23,361 nucleotides of DNA, from positions 3,801 to 27,161 of the forward strand of contig JBBIJD010000017.1 in assembly GCA_037446135.1 (NCBI GenBank), written 5' to 3'. Position 1 is the first letter of the stretch, and each line of letters starts with the position of its first letter. Of this stretch, positions 17,284 through 23,361 are shown piece after piece. Both the position numbers and the translations under genes were made by a program. The notes under the pieces are model-generated. The model was given only the letters and a program-made list of their open reading frames with translations, did not search any database and was not told the origin of the DNA. The DNA comes from Candidatus Fraserbacteria bacterium. GTDB lineage: Bacteria; Bipolaricaulota; Bipolaricaulia; RBG-16-55-9; JANLFV01.

Positions 17284-17357
17284 GAAGTCGGAGATCGGAA
17301 TGGAGGTTGTTCAACAAAGCAATAAGTTCAAAAATAGAGCTGAAAGGAAGGGGAGAG

Positions 17358-17552
17358 ATGCTTAAGAAGATCGGCATGTTGCTGATCGTGCTGGGGGCTT
17401 TGCTCCTCGGGTTAACCGGGCAGTTCCAGCTGGCATCGGATGGTAGTGCAACTTGTTCCTTCGTCTACGGCCAAATCGAGGTGGCCCCACAGGGCTTCGG
17501 CGGCTCAGACAGTTGGTGGTGCCCGCCGTGTATATTGCCCGAGCCCGAGTAA
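17358..17552 (+). CDS. 64-aa secreted or membrane-anchored small protein with C-terminal WWCPPC motif
   Basis: ATG 17358 after AAAGGAAGGGGAGAG. Sequence MLKKIGMLLIVLGALLLGLTGQFQLASDGSATCSFVYGQIEVAPQGFGGSDSWWCPPCILPEPE has a signal-peptide n/h region. Flanked by a consensus promoter and a strong hairpin. Confidence 0.75.
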   Translation: MLKKIGMLLIVLGALLLGLTGQFQLASDGSATCSFVYGQIEVAPQGFGGSDSWWCPPCILPEPE

Positions 17553-17580
17553 TCGCGAGGATTTAGGGTCGCTTATCGAG

Positions 17581-17604
17581 GGGCTCTGGCCAGTGCCAGA
17601 GCCC
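17581..17604 (+). terminator. Strong hairpin after the small-peptide gene (terminator or mRNA-stabilising stem)
   Basis: Perfect 10-bp stem GGGCTCTGGC-CAGT-GCCAGAGCCC, 28 nt after the stop. There is no classical U-tract, so terminator function is uncertain. Confidence 0.5.
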
Positions 17605-17701
17605 TGGCCTTCAAAAAATGTTGTGTTGAGCCTAGAGCTTCTCATGGTGCCAACAACCAACATATCACATGGTCAAACATGGAGGCATGGTCCAAAAGAT
17701 G

Positions 17702-17730
17702 TGGTCAGATGGCATGGAAGGCTTTAGGCT
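17702..17730 (+). promoter_or_regulatory. Candidate leaderless promoter for the DUF4129-MoxR operon
   Basis: TGGTCA (17702-17707), 17 nt, TAGGCT (17725-17730), 6 nt before ATG 17737, which has no SD. Confidence 0.4.
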
Positions 17731-17736
17731 GATAAA

Positions 17737-18636
17737 ATGTTACTGAAGTTGGATAAGCAGCGAATTCTCATTTGGGGATTGACTCTTATCCTGTTGGTGG
17801 GCCTGCTAGCCGGAGGCCTACGGATGGTGGAGTTCCGAGAAGGGCGAAGGCTCCCCGAATGGGAACCCCAATGGGGCGGAAGGGCCAAACTCCTCCCCCT
17901 CCCTTATCGCTGGGCGGATCGGCTGTTTGACCTTCTGCCCTGGCTCCTCCTCGGCCTCTTAATTCTGACACTGGCACTGTTCCGCCAGGCATTGCTGCGG
18001 GAGTTCGGCCTCAGGTTGCTCGCAAGCCTACTGCTCCTGGCCTTGATTGGGGTGATGATCGGGCTCGACCAACTCCTCCCGAAAGAGGAGTCAGTCGAGG
18101 AAGTTAAGCTTCCGGTATATAAGCCGATAGGGCTCCCATCCCCGGGGTCCACGGCTCCCATAGCTGAAGAGGGTGCCCCGGAGGGGCCCGGGACACTTTC
18201 ATGGTGGACTGAGTGGCTTCTGGCCATAGCGGTGGCAGTGCCATTGGTATGGATAGGATGGGGGATAGTGCGCCGGTTCTGGTCCTCCCGAGCCTCTCCA
18301 GGGGAGGGTGCAGAAGAAAATGGACTAGCCGCGGTGGTCAGGGAGGCCGTTGAGGAACTCCGGGCCGGGCTCCCGGTGGAGGAGGTGGTGATCCGCTGCT
18401 GGGTCCGGATGGCCGAGATCCTAGCTGGGAGGGCGGGCGGAGTGGGCGGCGCCCCGGCGATCACCCCACGGGAGTTGGCCCATCTTCTGGCAGAGCAGGG
18501 AGTGCGCCACGAGGCCATCGCCGAGCTCACCAGGCTCTTCGAGGAGGTCCGCTACGGCGGGAAGGCTGACCTCCCTCGGAGGGAGCGGGCCCTCGCCGCA
18601 CTAGCGGCGATCGAGGAGGCCTATGGCCGTGCATAA
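17737..18636 (+). CDS. DUF4129 domain-containing membrane protein
   Basis: About four hydrophobic segments, then a C-terminal VIRCWVRM...AITPRELA...LTRLFEEVRYG pattern typical of DUF4129; MoxR/DUF58 context. Confidence 0.8.
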   Translation: MLLKLDKQRILIWGLTLILLVGLLAGGLRMVEFREGRRLPEWEPQWGGRAKLLPLPYRWADRLFDLLPWLLLGLLILTLALFRQALLREFGLRLLASLLLLALIGVMIGLDQLLPKEESVEEVKLPVYKPIGLPSPGSTAPIAEEGAPEGPGTLSWWTEWLLAIAVAVPLVWIGWGIVRRFWSSRASPGEGAEENGLAAVVREAVEELRAGLPVEEVVIRCWVRMAEILAGRAGGVGGAPAITPRELAHLLAEQGVRHEAIAELTRLFEEVRYGGKADLPRRERALAALAAIEEAYGRA

Positions 18637-19183
18637 GATCGTGAGACTCCTGGCCATGCTGGCCGCGGCAGGGCTGCTCGCCCTGGCCTTGCGAGACCCA
18701 GCGGTGTCTCTAGCGGAGTCAGTGATTCGGTTGTGGTGGCTGGTCGACTCCCTTCCCCAGCAGTTGGTATGGAGCGGGTTGGCCTTGATCGGTCTTCTGG
18801 TGACCTGCTTCCTGGGCCGCGGCCCAGGCCCGAAGCGAGGGAGATCAGAACCCAGGCCCCCGCCTCGGCGGTCACCCTCCCAGGTCGAGCGCCTGGCTCA
18901 GCTCATCCGGCTGGCGGAGACCTCCCCTTGGGCAAGAGAGGTCCTGGGGCGATATCTGAGCGAGAGGGCGGCGGGCCTGCGGGCGGTGCGGGAGGGAGTC
19001 CCTCGCGAAGAGGCTCTAGAGGAGATTAAGGCCGGCCGCTGGCCGGCCGATCCGCCTTTGGCGGAGGTGCTCCGGCCCGAGGGGGAGGAGAAGGACAAGG
19101 ACTATGCCGCTAAGCTGGCTTATACCTTGGAGGCCTTAGAGCGCTACGTAAGAGGGGAGGGAGAGGGCCTTGAACCCGACTGA
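18623..19183 (+). CDS. Hypothetical membrane protein of the MoxR module
   Basis: 186 aa with two N-terminal hydrophobic segments, a Pro/Arg linker and a helical C-domain; GAGGAGG SD; overlaps both neighbours. Confidence 0.75.
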   Translation: MAVHKIVRLLAMLAAAGLLALALRDPAVSLAESVIRLWWLVDSLPQQLVWSGLALIGLLVTCFLGRGPGPKRGRSEPRPPPRRSPSQVERLAQLIRLAETSPWAREVLGRYLSERAAGLRAVREGVPREEALEEIKAGRWPADPPLAEVLRPEGEEKDKDYAAKLAYTLEALERYVRGEGEGLEPD

Positions 19184-20156
19184 GGTAAAGGCCTGGGGAG
19201 AGGAGATCCTGGCCCAGGTCGAGCGGGCAGTGGTGGGGAAGCGCCCGGCCCTGGAGCTAATCCTGATGAGCCTCCTCGCCGGCGGCCATGTGCTGATCGA
19301 GGACTACCCTGGGCTGGCCAAGACCCTCGCAGCCCGCTCCTTCGCCCGGGTGTTAGGGCTCAGCTTCAAGCGGATCCAGTTCACCCCGGACCTCCTCCCG
19401 GGGGATATCTTGGGCACTTACATCTTCCATCGGGAGAAGGGGGAGTTCGAACTCCGGCCCGGGCCGATCTTCGCCCAGATCATCCTGGGCGATGAGATCA
19501 ATCGGGCCACCCCGCGGACCCAGTCGGCCTTGCTTGAGGCAATGCAAGAGGGTCAGGTCACCCTCGAAGGGGAGACCCATCCCCTCCCACAGCCGTTCAT
19601 GGTGATAGCGACTCAAAATCCCATCGAGTATGAGGGGACCTTCCCCTTGCCAGAGGCCCAGCTCGATCGCTTCCTGGCCCGGATCAAGTTCGGCTATCCG
19701 GCCATCTTTGATGAGGTGGAGATCCTCTCCCGGAGGATCGCCCGGAGGGTTGACTCCTTCAGCCAGCCGCTTATGCCAATAACCGATGCCGCAGAGGTGC
19801 TGGCGGTCCGCGCGGCCCTGGAAGGGGTCCATGTCGATCCGGACCTGCTAGAGTATATGGTGAGGCTGACCGCGGCCACTCGGGAGCACCCCTCGGTAGA
19901 GGTAGGTGCGAGCCCCCGAGGGACGCTGGCCCTCCTGCTCCTCTCCCGAGCACGGGCGGCCCTCGAAGGGCGGGACTTCGTGATCCCCGACGATGTGAAG
20001 GAGGTGGCCGTCCCGGCCCTGGTCCATCGGTTGATCATCAAGCCGGAGCTATGGCAGAGGCAGGTCCAGCCGGAGCAGGTGGTCCGGGCCATCCTGGAGA
20101 AGGTCCCCGTCCCCAAGGCGGAGAGATGGAGGGCGCCCGTAAAGCCCGTAAAGTAG
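19170..20156 (+). CDS. moxR: MoxR family AAA+ ATPase (MoxR-proper type)
   Basis: GHVLIEDYPGLAKT, RIQFTPDLLPGDI, DEINRATPRTQSALLEAMQE, ATQNPIEYEGTFPLPEAQLDRF and GASPRG. Confidence 0.95.
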   Translation: MNPTEVKAWGEEILAQVERAVVGKRPALELILMSLLAGGHVLIEDYPGLAKTLAARSFARVLGLSFKRIQFTPDLLPGDILGTYIFHREKGEFELRPGPIFAQIILGDEINRATPRTQSALLEAMQEGQVTLEGETHPLPQPFMVIATQNPIEYEGTFPLPEAQLDRFLARIKFGYPAIFDEVEILSRRIARRVDSFSQPLMPITDAAEVLAVRAALEGVHVDPDLLEYMVRLTAATREHPSVEVGASPRGTLALLLLSRARAALEGRDFVIPDDVKEVAVPALVHRLIIKPELWQRQVQPEQVVRAILEKVPVPKAERWRAPVKPVK

Positions 20157-21418
20157 CCACAGAGTCGACGCTGCTCGCGCTCATCCTGGCCGCGGGCCTG
20201 ATCTTCGCCAGCCCGGGAGTGCTTCTCCTAGCCCTCCCGATCGCGGTGCACATCATGGTCGGGCTCCTTTTGGCCGGGAGGAATGTCCACCCCCGCCTGA
20301 GGGCGGAGAGGCACCTCTCTGGCCATCGCATCTATGAAGGCGATAGTGTGACGATCAGGGTGAGGGCGGAGAATTCAGGGGACGATCTCGACCTAGCACT
20401 GGTCGCCGAGGACGCGGAGAGGGCGCCTGCTGGGCATGTTGAAGGGGGGACAAGCCGGGTCGACCGGCTTCCCAAGGGCGGGTCGCTCATCCTCGCTTAC
20501 ACCGTCCGGCCCGGGCGGGGATTCTATCCCTTGGAGCAGATCCACATCCAGGCGAGGGATCTGCTCGGCTTCGTGACCTGGGAGGGCGAGCTCGCCTGTC
20601 CCGCCCCGCTCTGGGTGCTGCCGCAGTATGAGCGACTCCCGGGGCTGAGGGGGCTCTTCCCCCGTCGGACGCTCTCCAACCCAGGGCGGGCAAGGTCGCG
20701 TCGGGAGGGGGCAGGGGTCCAGTTCTTCGCCACCCGGCCTTACATCCCGGGGGACGAGCTCAGGCGGCTCAATTGGAAGGCCCTAGCCCGCCGAGATCAG
20801 CTGGTAGTCAACCTTTACGAAAGTGAGAGGGCCGCTGAGGTGACTGTAGTATTAGACGGTCGTGAGAGGGCCTACCAAGTCCAAGGCGGCCGGGAGCTGT
20901 TCGAGCATGCCGTCCATGCCGCCGCAGCGCTCTGTGATGGGGCCATTCGGGAAGGACACCGGACCGGGCTCCTCTTGTATGGTGAGCGGCTGGAATGGGT
21001 CTTCCCGAGCTGCGGGCGGGCCCACCGGGAGAGGCTCCTCCAAGGGCTGGCACGGGCAGGGTTGGGCTCCTCCGAGGCCTTCGCCGAGCTAGGAGAGATC
21101 CCTACTCGGCTCCTCCCCAGCGGCTCTTCTGTGATCATTGTCTCCCCGCTCATCCCAGGGGATGAGCAGGCTCTGGGGATGCTGCGGGCCCGGGGCTATG
21201 ATGTGCTGGTGCTGGCTCTAGTGCCGGATCTGAACGGGTCTCCGCCCGAAAAGGCCGAACAGACCTCGACAACTCTGGGATTGGCTGGCCGCTTGGTGGC
21301 CTTAGAACGGGAGCTTATGTTGCAAGCCCTCATCTCTGCTGGAGTAAAGGTGGCAGTGTGGGGTGTAAATCGCCCGTTGGCGCCGGCACTGCGGGCGGGC
21401 TTGGGGGCGATGAGATGA
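20126..21418 (+). CDS. DUF58 domain-containing protein
   Basis: Start moved to ATG 20126 (GGAG SD). Two N-terminal TMs, an Ig-like segment, and the DUF58 motif FFATRPYIPGDELRRLNWKALAR...VNLYESE...VTVVLD. Confidence 0.88.
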   Translation: MEGARKARKVATESTLLALILAAGLIFASPGVLLLALPIAVHIMVGLLLAGRNVHPRLRAERHLSGHRIYEGDSVTIRVRAENSGDDLDLALVAEDAERAPAGHVEGGTSRVDRLPKGGSLILAYTVRPGRGFYPLEQIHIQARDLLGFVTWEGELACPAPLWVLPQYERLPGLRGLFPRRTLSNPGRARSRREGAGVQFFATRPYIPGDELRRLNWKALARRDQLVVNLYESERAAEVTVVLDGRERAYQVQGGRELFEHAVHAAAALCDGAIREGHRTGLLLYGERLEWVFPSCGRAHRERLLQGLARAGLGSSEAFAELGEIPTRLLPSGSSVIIVSPLIPGDEQALGMLRARGYDVLVLALVPDLNGSPPEKAEQTSTTLGLAGRLVALERELMLQALISAGVKVAVWGVNRPLAPALRAGLGAMR

Positions 21419-21930
21419 GTCTGGCCATTTCGGTCTATCTGGCAGGATTCGGCCTGGCATGGGGCTCTCTAGCTCTAACTTCGGTCACCCAAGCCCACGA
21501 GCTCTTCTGGACGATACCGGCGCTGGTCTGCCCCCTGGCCTGGATCGCGGGGATAGTGCTCCGTCTCCCTCGATTGCTCACCGTCGGCTTCTACGGCGTG
21601 GTCGGGCTGGCCGTTTGGGCAGCGCTCTCCGGGGCCTTCCCGGCCGGCCTGGGGGCAGTAGTGCTCTCCCTTTTAGCCTGGGATGCCGCGGGCTTAGCCC
21701 TCTGGCTGGCCAAGGCTGATGAGGTCCCCGACCGGGCCAGGATCTGGCAGGCCTTACTGCTCAGGGCTTGCGGCTTGGGGTTGATCGGAACGGCTGTCGC
21801 GCTCGGTTTCGCTCAATTGGGGTTTTCACTCCCCTTCTGGGGCCTGGTGGGGCTACTTCTGGCGGCTTGGGGGGTATTAGTGGCCTTCCGGCTGGCGGTT
21901 ATTCATCCCCATTCCCGGGAACTGGACTAG
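21415..21930 (+). CDS. Hypothetical polytopic membrane protein (about 6 TMs)
   Basis: Start moved to ATG 21415 (ATGA overlap with the DUF58 stop); 171 aa, almost entirely hydrophobic, with an LLAWD motif. Confidence 0.75.
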   Translation: MSLAISVYLAGFGLAWGSLALTSVTQAHELFWTIPALVCPLAWIAGIVLRLPRLLTVGFYGVVGLAVWAALSGAFPAGLGAVVLSLLAWDAAGLALWLAKADEVPDRARIWQALLLRACGLGLIGTAVALGFAQLGFSLPFWGLVGLLLAAWGVLVAFRLAVIHPHSRELD

Positions 21931-21931
21931 A

Positions 21932-23218
21932 TTAGATGGCCGAGGATCTAATGATACCAAGCTCCTTGACCGCTCTTTGAAAGGCCTCCCCTCGAGCGGC
22001 GTAGTCAGTGAACATATCAAAGCTGGCGCAGGCCGGGGCAAGGAGGCAGATCTCATGGCCTAGCTCGAGAGCCAGCCGGACAGCCTCATGGAGGTCATGA
22101 GCGAAATGGAAGCTCTGGTGGCCGACCCGCTCGAGCTCCCGGGCTAGTTCAAATGCAGCCTCGCCGATGAGGAGGGCCTTGATCCCTCGCTCCTTTACCG
22201 CTCTCGCCAGGGGGGCGAAGCTCTCCCCCTTGGCCCGCCCCCCGAGGATCAAGGTCATGCTAGAATCAGGGAAGGCGGCGATGGCCGCGAGGGCTGCCAT
22301 GACATTCGTGGCTTTAGAATCATCGTAGAACTTGACCCCATCGATCTCGGCCACGAACTCCAGCCGGTGGGGCATAGAAAGGGCTTCCTCCAAATCGACT
22401 CTGGAGAGATCTATCCCCGGCTCAATGAGCCTTGAGGCGCACAAGGCCGCGGCCAGGTCCTCTCGAAGGTGGGGGAAGAGGCCTCCAATCTGAGGGGCAT
22501 CCTCCAACCTGAAGGTGAGCAGGCGCGGCCTGAGCCTGGGGAGCCGGAGGAGGAGCGAGCGGTGGACGATCGCGAAGTCCTCTTCGGTCTGGTTCTCGAA
22601 GATCCGGCACTTGATCCTGAAGTAATTCTCCAAGCCCCCATGCCGCTCGAGATGGTCCGGGGCGAAGTTGAGGAAGAGGCTGATCCAAGGATGGAAGTCC
22701 ACGATCGACTCCAACTGGAAGCTGCTCACCTCCAGGATGACGATCGTCTCCGCGTCGATCCGCTCAAGCTCGTTACTCAAGGGGGTGCCAATGTTTCCGG
22801 CCACAGCTACCTTATGTCCATGCGTTTGGAGGAGCACGCCGACGAGCTTCGCGGTGGTCGACTTCCCCTTGGTCCCGGTGACGGCGATGATCCTCCTGCT
22901 CTTGCAGAAGCGGTAGGCCAGCTCGAGTTCGCCGATGATGGGGATCCCTCTCCGCCGGGCCTCCTCCAAGATAGGGATCTGGAGCGGGACCCCGGGGGAG
23001 AGGATGATGAGATCACTCTTTAGGATCTTTTCAGTATGGCCGCCCTCTTCATAGGCGATCCCTAGTGCTTCTAGCTCCTCCTTGGCCTGTGGAGGGATCG
23101 GCCGATGGTCGCTGAGGAACGGCCTCAGGCCGTTCTCATGCAAGAGGCGAGCCGCGGCCAGCCCGCTCCGCCCCGCCCCGAGGATTGCTACGCATCTTAA
23201 CGCCTTCAACGGGCTCAA
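21932..23218 (-). CDS. murD: UDP-N-acetylmuramoyl-L-alanine--D-glutamate ligase
   Basis: ILGAGRSG, SPGVP, GELELA, AVTGTKGKSTT, GNIG, LEVSSFQL, DHLERH, PHRLE, DDSKATN and PACASFDMF. Exact start (TTG 23218 or TTG 23209) is uncertain. Confidence 0.95.
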   Translation of the reverse strand: MSPLKALRCVAILGAGRSGLAAARLLHENGLRPFLSDHRPIPPQAKEELEALGIAYEEGGHTEKILKSDLIILSPGVPLQIPILEEARRRGIPIIGELELAYRFCKSRRIIAVTGTKGKSTTAKLVGVLLQTHGHKVAVAGNIGTPLSNELERIDAETIVILEVSSFQLESIVDFHPWISLFLNFAPDHLERHGGLENYFRIKCRIFENQTEEDFAIVHRSLLLRLPRLRPRLLTFRLEDAPQIGGLFPHLREDLAAALCASRLIEPGIDLSRVDLEEALSMPHRLEFVAEIDGVKFYDDSKATNVMAALAAIAAFPDSSMTLILGGRAKGESFAPLARAVKERGIKALLIGEAAFELARELERVGHQSFHFAHDLHEAVRLALELGHEICLLAPACASFDMFTDYAARGEAFQRAVKELGIIRSSAI

Positions 23219-23314
23219 TTGTTACAGCGAGAAGGGGAGACCGGCCAGGACGGATGTCCTCTCACCAAGCCCGCCTGATCGGCCACTTCCAAGAATTTCG
23301 ACTAGCTTCTCCTC

Positions 23315-23345
23315 TTGAAAATTACCCCCTCCCTTGTGCTATAAA
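23315..23345 (+). promoter_or_regulatory. Candidate promoter pointing out of the window, divergent from murD
   Basis: Extended -10-like TGcTATAAA (23337-23345) and TTGAAA at 23315-23320 (19-nt spacing, suboptimal) in an AT-rich stretch. Confidence 0.35.
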
Positions 23346-23361
23346 CAACTTAAAGCTTGGC

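Noticed and set aside
17307..17357. TTG start giving an 81-aa version of the small peptide
   Set aside because: GGAGG directly abuts the TTG with no spacing; ATG 17358 has a proper SD and puts the signal peptide at the N-terminus.
17505..17531. Similarity of DSWW to the double-Trp motif of streptococcal ComS/XIP pheromones
   Set aside because: The match is too short and no Rgg/ComR-type regulator is adjacent; not enough to assign.
17440..17727. 95-aa alternate-frame ORF overlapping the peptide gene
   Set aside because: No SD, runs through the hairpin and repeat region, and has no protein-like features.
16999..17736. tRNA, CRISPR array, IS ends or att sites at the edge of the inserted block
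   Set aside because: No cloverleaf or T-loop motif, no regularly spaced repeats, and no terminal inverted repeats or duplicated target sequence matching the 21931 end that I could see.

Overview
GC-rich (about 65%) bacterial chromosome segment dominated by cell-envelope and division genes. Left to right: a partial membrane-protein gene (-); a coupled prmC-ftsE-like-ftsX-like operon (+); a five-gene minus-strand operon (GT2 glycosyltransferase, PlsC-type acyltransferase, AlkP-superfamily phosphodiesterase, UPF0104 flippase-like protein, secreted probable outer-membrane beta-barrel); a TIGR00725/LOG-family gene and a stand-alone dnaN (+); and a reduced dcw cluster on the minus strand (murD // ftsW-murG-murC-murB-ftsQ-ftsA-ftsZ). 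The dcw cluster is split between murD and ftsW by a 4.9 kb opposite-strand block. That block holds a perfect-consensus sigma70 promoter driving a 64-aa secreted peptide with a WCPPC motif, then a DUF4129-membrane protein-MoxR-DUF58-membrane protein module. Most notable: the WCPPC micro-peptide and its G-tract promoter, the putative glycolipid synthesis/export operon, an ATT start for murC that coincides with murG read-through, and an FtsE with degenerate catalytic motifs. I saw no rRNA, tRNA, CRISPR array or transposase. All family assignments come from motif recognition by eye, not database searches. The gene style suggests a lineage such as Bipolaricaulota, but that is only a guess.
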